DNA of 63,740 nucleotides, counting the filler, from Reticulomyxa filosa (lineage: Eukaryota > Protista > Foraminifera), in NCBI GenBank assembly GCA_000512085.1. It is 11 parts of 11 records of this genome, joined end to end, with 100 filler letters (N's around TTAATTAATTAA, not from the genome) between each part and the next. Parts side by side here need not be neighbours in the genome. Positions count along the whole stretch, not along the records: positions 1 to 16,820 come from ASPP01033842.1; 10 more parts are not named here. One strand, given 5' to 3'. Within the stretch, counting starts at the first letter, position 1; every line of letters starts with the position of its first letter. The translations under genes and the position numbers were made by a program. Positions 1 to 13,380 of the stretch are shown here, piece after piece. The notes beneath the pieces were generated by a model. The model was not told the origin of the DNA. It saw only the letters and a program-made list of their open reading frames with translations, and did not search any database.

Positions 1-137
1 TTTTTTTTGAGGGGGCAAGAGGGCTGAGCAACAAAAAAAAAGACTTTTTGACACCTGCGTAAAAATCTTTGGTTTGGTTTTGTTCTTTCTTTTTTTGTTC
101 GAGTATTTTGGTTTACTTCTTGACTAGAGTTTGGACC

Positions 138-2258
138 ATGGCGTTAAATAATCAAGCCACTGTCTTTGTCACTCTCCGACCAGATTTTAACCGCATAAGA
201 AGACCAGGAATGATGGTAAGGTTAATAGAAGGAAGACAAGTGTTAGAATCGCAGGTGAGCGAGTTTCCAAAAAGGCCGAGAGTGGTGTTCATTAGTATGT
301 TGCATTTATATTGGAACTATCAAACTATCCCAATTGACGTGCTATGTACCAGTCTATGCATTTTTCGGTGCAGCGAAAAGTGGCTATTCACTACCAGCAC
401 CGGACACAACACAATGAACCGCATGTCCATACATGCCCGAGCAAATAATTCGAAGCTTGAGACTTGGTTGGAAAAAATGCGTCAAGACCAAGACTTTGTG
501 GAATTTTTGCTATACAAAAATAAACTTCAGTTTTGGGAACGACAAAAAAAAAAAAAGCAGAGCTACGTATATTTTTTCTGTATGTTTTTTTTTTTTTTTT
601 TTGCGTGTTTGCGGGCTAGTGTGCGTGTGTGTGTTTTTTTTTTTTTTCATCCTAGCTTGCTTGTTGCACTTCTGACAATTTTGATAAGTTTGGGTAATGT
701 TTGTTATAAATATCTAAATCCATACATAATTTTTTGCATATATGTGTGTGTGTGTGTACAATTGCAGTGAGATCTTATGGTTGGAACCGAATGTGAGCAG
801 TGAGCATGATGACGATGACGAAGAAGAAGAAGAAGAAGAAGAGGAGGAAGTGAGCAAGGGCCAATCAGCAAGGACTGGTTGCAACTGCTCCTCCGAAAAC
901 GTCTCTGTGTCTTGCACACAAACAGTAAGCCACCACGCATACGACACGGCGAAAGAAAAAGAGCAACCTGTGACCCCTCTGATAAAAGCGTATGATGCGA
1001 GTAGTTCGATTGCCAATGGAAGTGCAACAACAACAACAAGGTCCGTAACGCAAGACACCATGCTCACACCGATGGATAGTGGTGACGATGTGAGTTTTAA
1101 TGAGTTTGAGATGCGCTTTGCTGCCGCGTCTTTGGCTCATGCGACCACACCGTGGTTGGTCAGTGGGGCCAAAAGTAACAATGACAGTGGTCTCATTGTC
1201 CCGATCCAACATCCCCAACGCGACATACGTGAACGCACATTCCAGCAACATTGCCATCACAGAGAAAGTGGACAGGACGTTGCCACTGGCACGTCACTGC
1301 AACCTGAACTCAATGCTTTTGACAATGCTATGAAGGCTTTGTTTCGCCCATCCGAAAAGGTCTTTTTTATTATTTGAAAAAAAAAAAAAAAAAAAAAAAA
1401 CATAGCTACTTTATTAACTTTATTTTTGTTACAATGGGTTGTTGAGCAAAAAAAAAAAAAAAAACGTGTATATCCCTTACAAAAATTATATGTATGTATA
1501 CGTATTTAAAAAAAAAAAAGCGCGGTGATGGCAATTGTGAAATGGATGACGGAAAGAATAAAAAGGTAGCGGCAATAAAAGTTTCGAGCGATTGGTTAGA
1601 CGAACCGAAAAAACATTGGACCAATAAACCCCTTTGGGAAAAGGTATCGAATTTTGTGAGCAGTTTCAAGGATGAGATAACGGATGATAATTACAACCAA
1701 CTGTTGGTGGATGTGACGTGGTGGGAGTGGAAAATTGCATCGGTCGTCAGTAAAGCCACTCGTAGGCATGCGAGAATGACCAAACCCAACTCAAGTAAGA
1801 CAGTGGCGAACAGCAGTGAGAAGAAGCCCTACGTACAAAAATTGGTGATTAAGCCACAAAATCCTTTCGTGCCCCAATTGGTGAAAACCCAAATTGTCCA
1901 TGTGGAGTCAATGCTGAATCTAATGGAACATTGCAACGACTTGTCCGTCATTGTATCAGAACTGATCCACTTTGATGGGAATTTTGGTGCGTTTGCTGAG
2001 ATTTTGCATCAAAGTAATCCGACTCTGATCCCAATGGTTTCATTTGACAGCAAAAAGTATTGGGTGAAATGCGTACTGCTAAATGCCTGCTTTCATAATC
2101 TGTATTTTGATCGAATCGATTACAAAACTCAAATCATTGATTCCATGTACTCTTTGTATGAGTTGCCTATTTCGGTGTCGTGCGATAAGAGCAGCTCTTT
2201 TGTTTCTGGTGATGAGTTTGACAAGGATTGCCAAGGCTTTTCCTTTGTTCATTATTAA
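138..2258 (+). CDS. Hypothetical protein, about 3 exons (~138-566, ~768-1359, 1521-2258), with acidic D/E tract
   Basis: Three GC-richer ORFs separated by AT/microsatellite-rich GT..AG segments; the intron 2 junction GAAAAG|gtcttt...aaaaag|CGCGGT keeps frame. No domain recognised; the intron 1 phase is ambiguous. Confidence 0.6.
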
Positions 2259-3940
2259 TGGAAAAAATAAAAAGACCAAAGCAGACATTTAAAAAAGCTG
2301 TGGAGTTTCTTGACTTTTTCGGTTAGCACATTTCGTGGTTTTGTTTTTTTCTTTTTTTTTTTTGTTAAAATTTGATTGTCTTATTTTTCTTTTTCTATTT
2401 GTTTCATATATATATATTGGATAGACACTTATGCTTTGGTTATTTCGTTTTTGTTTGTTCTTTTTCTTCTTTCGAGTCCCTCTCTTTTTTATTTTTTTTA
2501 TTTTTTAGCATTTTCTTTTGTTATGTGACGTGTACTAGGCCTGTCTCCTTTTTTTTTTCCTTCTCCCAATATGTACCCTTTTGTTTTTGAAAAATAATAT
2601 TGAGAAGTGAACACGTAAAAAGCAAATACAGTTCACTTTCTTATTGGAATTTGACGTGGCCTTTGTTGTTGGGATTTTGCTGCGTAATCATCTTGGAATT
2701 CTCATATCGTGTGTAAAGTTGTGTGGTTTTTGTTATTTTTAATCGACCAAAAAGATTTATCTGTCCAAAAAATTCATACCGACGTATCAAGTTTAAACAT
2801 TCTTGAAGGCATACCATCGACCTTTGAAAAGTTTTATTCTATCAAAATATGAATTGAAAAATAAAATGTATTGAACAATCTATTAATACATTTACACCAA
2901 GAGTTTTCGTACATAATTTAGAGTCAAGAGCAAATAAATAAATAAAAACAATTATAAATTCATATAACACAAATTCAAGTTGAGAAAAAAATTGACAATT
3001 TACGCTGTCATATGAATAACAGTTGCTTTTGATAATAATAAGCAATACAATAATCTTTCATTGCTGATTTCATTTTTTATTTGTAAGATGATATTACACA
3101 TCACTTCAATCTTATAAATTCAAGTTGTATTTATAATTTAATTTTTTTTGCTCAGTTTTCTATCGTTTTCATCATTAACAGAAGCTCAATGAATTATCAC
3201 ACACCATTTTCTCAAATTGAACATTTTTTTAAACAAAATAAGATGTACAAATACAAATTCTTTTCTTATCAATTGAGTTATTCATATCTTTTCAAATAAT
3301 TTTTACAAAAAAAGTACAATACATATGATGAAATCCAACATATAATTACAATTACATAATTGATTGTGCACGTAAAAATAGAACAAATTGTTGCCCGAGT
3401 CAATGTTTATTATTTTTTTTCATGTTCATCTTAATGGATAGTATGCAGAGGAAGGATTAAATACCATTTTCATTTCACATGAATCGAAGTTCTTTTTTTG
3501 AAATTGTTTATTGAATAAGTATCCTTATGTTACTGTAATTGCATCTTCTCTCAATTGTTTAAATTCGAACAATTGATTATTGTGCTTTGGAGATCCTCCA
3601 GGTTTGTTCAACATCTAAAAAATCAAATTTTCAACATACGTAAAAACTATACTTCTCGAAGGTAGCAAGAAAATGATTACACAGACATAATGTGACACTT
3701 TTTCAATTGCTTCTAATTTTTGCTTGTTATCATGGAAAGAAAATGAAAAGAGATCAATCTTTGTTTTGTTTGCTGTTCCACTCGACAATTGTCATTATTT
3801 TCTTAGGAATACCATAAAAAAAAAAGAAGAAAGTGAAAGTCCTGATGAACAATCTCCATGTAAAAAGGTAAAAATAACAACAGTACTATTACAAAAATAA
3901 AACAAGTAAATTTCGTTTTATGCTTACATTTTTTGATGGC

Positions 3941-6900
3941 TTATTTTAACCATTGTTTTATTCTACTGTGAAAAATGGCACTAACTAGCAACCGGACTTG
4001 TTGATTTTGGCATTCAATTACCTTTACCAAGTAAGGGAATAGTGTATTGAGTTTGGATTGGAATTCATTGTCAGGAAAGCTCTCTTTGTTCAACAAAAGT
4101 TGCAAAAAAGCTACAACAACTGGCAACAGGTATTGAATATCACTTTGCGACCTTGCTTGTTTGCGTTCCCTGATATGCAGCAATTGTATTAATTGTATTC
4201 CCAACGGAATCAATCGATACTCTGCCAACTGTTTGATATCTCTTGCCTTTATTACTGTCGAGCCTCGTTTTCCGTTGGATTTGCACTGACATAGCATCGA
4301 CAACCGACATAAAGCCGCATCGGCTTCAATACGATACAATAGCACTGGAATGGCGTGCTCTGGTGGCTCTGTTGTTGCTTTTTTTGATATATTCGTAGTT
4401 GTGTTATTGATCCAACTGAATCAATACATATCTCAAATAAAAGGAAAATACCTGAAAAAGCAGTCAAATGATCCATCAACTCTGCGTCTCGGGTCAACGT
4501 CATTGCAAATTCTTGCACTTGCTCCACTCCATTCAAAATTTCGACACATTGATGGATCGTCAGCAACAAAAGCGAGCTTTGGAATGTCTGATCAAAGTTG
4601 AGTAGTGGCAATCATTTGAAAAAAAGACAAGACAAGAGGGGGGGGAGGGAGAGAGGGATATCAAACAAATTCCAAAGATTCCAAGTCTTGTTTTTTTTGT
4701 AACTTGGCGCAACAGTTGCAGCAATTTCAAAACTGATTCTGACAACACAACCAATTCTTTGGAGCCCATCAACAGAGCATCTGGTGGGGGCGTCTTGTGT
4801 GAATCAAGTCTGTTTTGCTATTGAATAAACGAACAACAATATTGGCAATCAATGTTTGTGAAAGTGTTTACAAAAAAAAATTTCATCGTCGCTGTATCTG
4901 ACGAATTGAAAACACATTAAGCAAAAAGAAAATAACTTTTGGTTTGTGATTCTCTTGAGAGGAATCTTTTTGTTCGGATTGGGGATATCGCTTTGATGCT
5001 TTGGATCTCAGCCCGTGTGGTAAAGCGTGATGCAAAGCTTGCATCACAGCTGCAATAATGACAGACCAGTGATTGGTTGTGAATCGGATAGAGTTTGCTT
5101 CGATTAGTCGAGTTAAGCATTGCAAACCAATTTGTGACGCTTCGACGTATTGTCTCTGGAGCATAATCATACACACGCACACAAACAAAGCAAATCCTTA
5201 CAACAAAAATAAATTATGCAAATCAATTTATTATATACGTACACAAAGATATGTATACGCAATATATATCAACAACACATTACACAAAATAAATAAATAT
5301 ATATGTGCACATAATATTTATCTAATTATAACCATGAGAATGAAACTGGTCAATAACGATAAGACATCGTGCAAGAGCACTTGCGTGACATTAAAAAATT
5401 GATTAAACAATTCCACCATAGCGGACAATGCGGGATGGCATGTAGTTTCCAGCCACGTGTATTCTTCGTAGATGGTGGACTGCATGGACACTTTGGTGAC
5501 GAGGGTATCATCGGGATGCTCCGATATGGACTGCGAGCGCGTGCGTTGGTTCTTGCAGGCCTCTTCTCCAGTGCTCCCCCTTCGGCTTCTTTCGAAAGAC
5601 GTGAGAATAGTGCTGGAGTGATGGTTGCCACTGTGTATTGCGTCTTCGGAGTGTCTCGTGGAAAGACGAGTGGACCGAATTTGGCCCAAGTTGCTTTCGT
5701 CATCGTCGTCGTCATCGCCATTGCCATTATTTCGGCCATTGCCAACATTGCTTGATGCTTTCATCAACGGCTTCAAATCTACTGCAAACTCACCACTTGC
5801 GGGGACTACTAGGGTCCCCTGCGATGATCGCAGTTCCGCAAACACTGGGAAAATAAGTCGCTGAAATATCCTCGTCCACATCAATCCATCAAAGCTGCCT
5901 CCTTGTGCTCGCAACAGTCGAAACATTACTGTCAAGGCATGAGTGCGTACCTTTTATATACACACATATACATATACGTATATATGTGTAATTTACTCCC
6001 TCCCTTCTCATTGTGTGTGTGTATGCCATATTGCGTGAAATAACTTCCAATCTGTGATCGTTGACGGCTTTACTCAATCCCAACAAACATAAAAACCAAG
6101 CCTTGATCAATGGTCTGCCCATGTCTGGAGTGCCTCCGGTCAAGGAGTTGCTCACTTGGACCATGGAGTGTCCCCCTTCGTTGGAAGCAGAGGAGGTCCA
6201 CTGCATTTCGCTCTCTTGCAAATTGGTGGCGAGCGATGGGTCCAAAGGTAAGTAGTGATCGGAGTCAAACAGGTACTGCGCTGTTTTGCTCAAATAATCA
6301 ATCGCCGACGTCGACAGATCAGTGAAGCGATTTTGAACAAATGCTATCAAAATATCGACGCAGTCGGACAATGCATCGATTCGCAATAACTTTAGTCTTC
6401 GCACACTTTCGGCAGAGACCACACCACCACTGCGACTATCGCCCAGCGCAACATTGGTTGAGATCGACACGCTAGGAGGCACGTCTTCTTCATTCAAACT
6501 GGTTCCCACCATTTTCATATCCGTTGTGGTGGTCACTTCGTCCTCTGTCAGATGTGACAATGGATGTGTGGACACCCGCTCGATCATTGGGAAATACAAG
6601 TCCAATGTGGCCACCATAGTGTCGTAGCAACTGATCACCAATTGCTCGTTGCGATCGTGGGCAGCCGCACCCAGCACTGCAAACACACACTTCCAGCCGG
6701 ATTGGATATTCCGATAGCGCGACTTGATCAACCGGGCCATGCATTGGACTACCAGCTCACGCACGTCACTTGACGAAGTTCCAAGAATTATCACTTGAAA
6801 TGGTTTCAAAAAGTCTTTTTGAAACTTTTTTGCAAAACAAACAAATGAATAGATTTGAAAAATCAAATCAATCAATCAATAAATAATATATATGTGTACA

Positions 6901-9900
6901 TATGTGAACATTGAAATTTGACAATTCGTCCTTTTCCAAAAATTTATCAGCCAATTGTCGCAAAGAGTCAATAGCAGATAACGAAATATGAAAGTTGGAA
7001 TGTGTTCCAGCAAAACAAAAATGTTCTGCTAAAATCTTCCAAATGCGAAGCCACACAAAGCGTATTCGATCCATATTGTAATGTGCAATCTATATTTCAA
7101 TCGAACAAACACATTGAAATATTGAATACATACACACAGAGATATCAGATATCTCTGATTTGTATTGTAACTTCAACAATCTTTTGAAGACAGAATACTC
7201 TGGGACTGGTTTCACTTGACAATTCTTTTCTCGAAACACTGCACAAGTGCTCCACAAAGTGAACGATCGCATCGGGATTGAGTGTCGATGAGTGTGTGAA
7301 GATTTTGTCGATTGTGCTTTGTTCGATCTGTTTGACCAACAACAAAAAGAACACACTATTTGATTTTTCGTGTCACTTTATTTGCAATCGATGCTCCAAC
7401 TTAACGTGTTGCGTGACCAAACGTGCATTAAAGTCGCCTTGGAACCTCAGCACCCCGTCTTGGCCCATTCGAGTGCGACTCTGCAACATTTTTTGTTCGA
7501 GCTGAGAGGGCGGAGGAGATGGCACGGATGACGCTGCGTTTCCATTTGACAAATTGGCGTTAGGTGTAACGCCAGCAATTTCATTGGAATGGTGTTCATG
7601 ACCAGTTCCATCGGCTCCAGTTGCGTTTGAAATCCATCCATTCACGCTTTGTTTTGTTGCCAACGCCGCCTGTTCGGAGCCGATTGAATTAGTCTGTGTG
7701 TACAAATGCGCATCCGAAACAGCGTTTGACGACATCAAAAATAACACTTCGATTTCAGAAATACAACGTAAAATGTGTGCCCATGAACTTCGCAAGTAAT
7801 CGCCTTCACGACTAGCAAATAGACACATAATATCAATTGATTGACGAGTTTTTTTTATAGATAATATGTGTGTGCGTATGTAACATTAGATATACATTTG
7901 TATGTGCATGTACATATAATATGTATTATGTATATAACTATGCAATATCCAGCAACACTTGAATGGCTTCGACGTTCTTGTCTCTCATTGGCTGTAATGT
8001 ACCTAACAAAGTGAAGCGTGCCAAAGAGTTGACAAACGCATCGCATTCAATGTCCATCTCCAACTCGCCGGCTAAGCGCACCAGCAACGATAGCCGCGTA
8101 GACATGACTTGATATGTCTTGGCAATTCATTGGTCTCAAACACGACGCCAAAGGTGGCCAAAGCAGACATCCACGAAGCAGAAAACATTAATTTGCAAAC
8201 ATTTAGATCTGCCTGCAAATTAAAAAAAAAAAAAATCAATGACAATCAATGACAATTAATAACAATTAATGACAATTAATAACAATTAGTAACAATTAAT
8301 AATAATTGACAACAATGCAAATACAAATACAAATAAAAATAAAAATAAAAGTACAACTCAACATCATGAACATCGACAAATCGTTCATGTATTTTCTGTT
8401 GTCTGGTCATTTTAATTTTTTCTTTAATGTCTTTGATCATTCGTCGAGACTGAACACGTAGCAAATCTAACTTTTGTCGAGACGACAATCGATCTTCTTT
8501 GTCTCGTGAGTCATCACTTTCGCTGTGTCCTGGCAACTTCATTTCTTTGGCGACGATGTTATCATAGATTTGCGACAATAACTCGGTTGACAGCGTTTCA
8601 TCTTTGGTGGCCCCTTTTGTTTGGCTCACAAACTCATCTTTCGTCATCTGTCTCATATTTTATGCCATTGCCAACGTAGTAAAAATTCGACTGCCAAATT
8701 TGAGTAAAAAAAAAGCAGAACAAAAAAAAGATTCGACGAACCAACCTTCTTTTTGACTTTGGGACTGTGCACATTGACATGAAGCAAAATGCAAGAATAA
8801 GCCAAAATATAAGCGATATCAGCATTGGGGAAAACATCTGAATTTTGTTCGCAATACCGAGCCGCAAATCGTTGCAAAATGCGATCGATTTTCTGCCCTT
8901 CTCCGGGTAGCAAAAATGAAGCACATAACGTCCTCAGCGCGTCCACAAAGTCTAACTGTTCAAAGTGTATTCGATTAATGTACTCGTGCATCACTTGTTG
9001 GTTGAAAGGCTTTTCGCCGCCCAAGTACTCACCAATTTGGATTTTCGATAAATGTGACTGCGTCAATAAGAATTCTGCTATCATTGGCACTTCTTCTTTT
9101 AAAAATCCGTTTTCGACCAGATATTTTATTCCCTTCGTACATTACATATATACATTACATATATACATTACATATATACTTTAACATATATACTTTAACA
9201 TATATACTTTAACATATATGTGTAATGTCATTGTAAAAAACAAACAAACATGTTTCGGCTCAATGTTAAATTTAACCACTCCGGTTCTCAACGTGGCTTG
9301 TTTTTTGGTGTGTCTTTCAAACTTTTCTTGATAGTCACTTTTGTGGAGTAATTGAGTGGCACTTGGGATATTGGTAAGAGACAACTCTTTTTCCAAGGCG
9401 ACTTTATGGATGACACTGGTAGTCGACGACGCCATTGGGGTTGTCTCGGCGGCAATGTCCGGAGAGGATCCAGTGAGACCATGGTCATTAGAGGGATGAG
9501 AATCATCCGCCAAATCCGAGGGATGGGAATGAGTGGGAGGAAGAGCAGACGACTCGGTGATCGTGCAAGTCAAAGTACCCGATTTGCTACGCGACTCTTC
9601 TCGTGTGTCCATGTGTTCATCCTTTTCAATCATGTGGTCTTTCCATTGCAATAGCCCTTCGATAATCCGCACAAAGCAAGACAAAGCAGCGTGTTTCAAG
9701 TCGTCGGCCTCTTCGGGGTTGATCCAGTCTCTGGATTCGAGCTTACTTTGTCCGATGTTTTCGATTGTCGATATGATGCGTTGGAACACCTTTGGACTGG
9801 CTGCTTCGTCGCTGCAGTCATAATTCAAAAACAACGACACTGTCGTGTTCCCATCCGCACTTATGTCTTCCAACGTCTTCAATACTTCCAATTTTTGCGT

Positions 9901-10629
9901 ATATGTCGAGTTGGGACTGTTGATTAGCAGTAAAAAGCTGTCAAACAATATGCCAATTTCCGATTTCAATTGTTGCTTGAACCGTTGAACTACTGTTTTA
10001 AACGTTGCCATGGCCATTCTAATACATTTATATATGTACATATATGTATACATTTATAATGTTTTGCCAAAAGTTTTTTAAGTAAACTGAATGATTGTAT
10101 CGACGGTCGATGTGACATTGGCACACAGCGTGGGAACCAAGTTAGTGCGAATTAATTCGATGAACCGTTTGGTCTCTGCAAGAGAAGGCCCGACATGCTG
10201 CATGGATGAATACAGCAACTGCAATGCCAATAATCGACTTCGAACATGGATTTGGTCATCGTTGCGTTGAAACAATACAAATTGATTGTTCAATTTTAAC
10301 TTACTCTGTTTGTTGTTATTCAATTGTTTTGGAAATGTTTTTTTTGAAAAATTCCAAATATATATATATATATGTATATAGTTCATACATCCACTTGCTG
10401 CTTCGAAGCGAGTTTGCACAATTCCTCCAAAACAATGAACGCGTCTTTTTGTAGCTTTTGCAAAAGCAATGTTAGTTGTTCCGGCGATTCCACGCACGAC
10501 ACAGGGGACGGCATCTCCGTCGAAGTCGGTGAGGATGTCACCACATCCACTGCATTCAAGTTGATTTGTTGTGAATCAGTCAACACACTGTTCCAAAATT
10601 CGATATCACTTCCCTATTCTCCCACACAC

Positions 10630-10665
<36 letters not shown>

Positions 10666-12658
10666 TGTATAGCCTGAATTGCAGCTGTACTTTCACAATA
10701 CATGTAACATACATCTATTGCTTGATCTCCAAACTCATCGATAATCTATATATGTTAAGTATGAATTTATTATATTTGTTTATCACACACATACACACAC
10801 ACACATACATAATTATTACAAAAAAAAAAAAAAGAACTTGTTGTAATTTATTTTGGATTTTCACGTCGTGATACTCGTTCAAAGACAAACGATAGAAGCG
10901 AATGCAATTAGAGATGTTGTTTTCTTTGTACGCGACATGGGCCAACGTGCTAAAGGCTTTTCCGCTCCATTGTGGGTGGGCATTATGAAAGCGGCCGACT
11001 TCGATCGCCTTCATGCACAACGCCTTGGCCTCGACGAACTCGTTCAGCACGTAATGCGTGACCGCCTGATTGACCAAATACGCAGGGTTATTGGGACTCA
11101 ACTGCTCCGCCTTTTTGTAGTAGACCAATGCTTCTCGATGCTGTCCTTTGCTATAGCACTGATTACCTTTCTTTTTCTCCACGTCTGCCAGTTTATCTAA
11201 ATACAAGTCCAATGAATGACTTACCATATTGTCAACAATCGATCGACATAAGTCTTTGGGATTGATATTTTCCTTTCTTTGTATTTGCATTTGCATTTGC
11301 ATTTGAATTTGCATTTGCATTTGCATTTGCATTTGAATTTGTGTTTGTGTTTGTATTTGTTGTTGATGTTCTTTTTGAGCGTGTTGCACAACTCGTTCGA
11401 TGATTTCGTGGAGTATGTTCCTTGCCACACCCACAGCATGCAGATGCTTCCTTTCCTTTTCGTCGTGGTCATTGACATACAGATCGTCCTCTTGGTCGTG
11501 GTCATCGTTATTGTCATGAGGCGTTTCAATCGACTTGGACTTGGTAATTTCATCCGTTTGCGTCACATGCGGCTTGTCAAATGCCTCTGACGACTCCAAT
11601 GGCTCTTCGCTTTCAATCTCCTTCACGCTTTTGTCCGTGTGTTCGCTCTTCGTCTCCATTTCCTTCATCTCTTTGCTCTCATTTCCACCACTCGATCTCA
11701 CCATCTGTCTGCCATTTGCTTGCATCGACTTCATCTGATCGGACGTGGTCTCGATTCTCTCGAACAATACCACCAATGTTTGCGTTAATGTTGCAATGGC
11801 TTATTTCATTTAGTTTTTTTTTTTTTCAATAATTATTTGTCTTTTAATCTCAAATGAACACTACATATATGTATATATATATATATATATACATATGTAT
11901 GTATATACATTTATATAATATAAACAGACCAGATGTTTGAATATCAAAATTTTTTGGTTCAAATAAAGCATGAAACAAGTGATAATTAACAATCGAAACG
12001 TGTCGTTATGTACCTCGCAATGGACAGAGGTCCCAATGGCCAATAACGTTTTTATCAGCTATGATTTAAGTTTGTATTTGTTTATTTATTCATATTATTT
12101 ATTCATTATTTGCTCATTTGTTTGTTTGCATTTATTCGTTTGTGGCTCAAACTGCTAATTGGGTCGATGGCACATTGATATGACAACATTGGCAAACAGC
12201 TTCGACAATGCTGTCCATTAATCGTCTCGGCTTCCCATTCGTCGTGGACAATACTGTGTGTCCGACAAGGTACTCCCCTGCCACCAACTTTTGAATGGCA
12301 TCCAGAGACACCTCCATCACTGTGTTATGGCCTGTTTCACATGCCAATCGAAATGGGGTGAAATACCCATCCGCCGATTTCAATTTCTCATGGTTTTCCT
12401 TCCATTTTTTTTTTTTTCTATCAACTTGTCAATGTGTACGATACTCTCTCATTCTTTTCATTGTAAAAAGTGTACCTTTGAACTATCGAGCTTTTGCAAG
12501 TGCTCCTCACAACTTTTTCGCAAGGCACTGTGCTTTCTTAACGCATTCTTACTCAAGGTTGTCAGATACACCCGCAATATATTTCGAACGGATGGTTTTT
12601 GTAAAACGGGAGGGGGAGATTTCGATGAAGAAGATTGCACGTCTATTTTACGTAACAT
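3941..12658 (-). CDS. Large Sec7-domain Arf guanine nucleotide exchange factor, BIG/Sec7 type (DCB-HUS-Sec7-HDS), roughly 20 exons, with an inserted TPR domain
   Basis: DCB 'YFTPFRLACET...SLDAIQKLVA' and 'AIATLTQTLVVLFERIE'; HUS 'RSRLLALQLL'; Sec7 'FNIEPKHGIKYL...IGEYLG...FLLPGEGQKIDRILQRFAARY'; HDS 'PRVFCLQKIVEIAHYNMDRIRFVW', '[31 protein letters not shown]', 'NIQSGWKCVF'. GT-AG junctions traced; two 1-nt frameshifts near 11950 and 8090. Confidence 0.95.
8238..8307. repeat. Intronic 10-bp tandem repeat (AATRACAATT-like, about 7 copies)
   Basis: aatgacaatc aatgacaatt aataacaatt aatgacaatt aataacaatt agtaacaatt aataataatt read directly. Confidence 0.85.
11279..11365 (-). repeat. Coding hexamer repeat (CAAATG-like) encoding a QIQTQTQIQMQMQMQMQIQMQMQMQIQ tract in the Arf-GEF
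   Basis: ttgcat repeats on the + strand; translation in ORF 10715..11776. Confidence 0.9.
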
Positions 12659-13380
12659 ACCTGCATCAACTGAAGAGTTTTTTACTCTGAAAAGGGCCCC
12701 TTCTTATTACTTTTTTAAAACTATCTTCTATACGACAAAAGATTTTCTATTGTAAACTACTTTTGCACATTGTAGGATCTGTGAGAAAAATCATTCTATA
12801 TCTCCTCTCCAAAAAATGAGGAAAAGGAGTGCTGAACGAAAAAAAGAGGCTACAATCAAGGGAATCTGTTTCAAATTTTTCACGTCTGCCACGTTTCTTT
12901 GCAAAATTGTAGCGATTTTGTAACTCTATCTCAATTTTTTTTTCTCTTGAGCAAGAGTCAAACAAAAAACTTTGATATGTTCTTGATCAATTAGGAGGAT
13001 CAGTTTTTTGCTGTGGTGTGTCCCTTTGAGGATATCAAATACACGCAATTTTTTAATTTGAATTCTTTGTTAGAATTGATTTATGTCCACACAAAACTTT
13101 AGACTAAGAATTGTTTTTAAACTAGTGTTTACTTCCGGATGAAACGCAAAAATAGATAATACATCTTTTTTTTTTAACACATCGTCCCAAAAGATAGTAA
13201 TTTGCTTATTTTTTCACTTGATAACTTTTCATTTTAGCGGTTCCAGCAGTCTTATATGTGATAAAAAAGAAACTTTTTTATCTTTCAAAAAACTTGGGAA
13301 AAGTAGTTGAGGAGTTAACAAAATGTTCCATACAAGCATAATTTTCCTCTTTTTTGTGATATAATAATCTTGCTTCCATT

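Noticed and set aside
2830-3620. Coding-like decayed stretch on the minus strand; similar stretches at ~39000-39420, ~42400-42900, ~49200-49470 and ~61900-62740
   Set aside because: Multiple stops and no recognisable motif; cannot be assigned.
12641-12665. Possible 18-nt intron gtatgttacgtaaaatag at the Arf-GEF start
   Set aside because: Splicing it puts the upstream ATG out of frame; the unspliced ATG at 12658 reads in frame.
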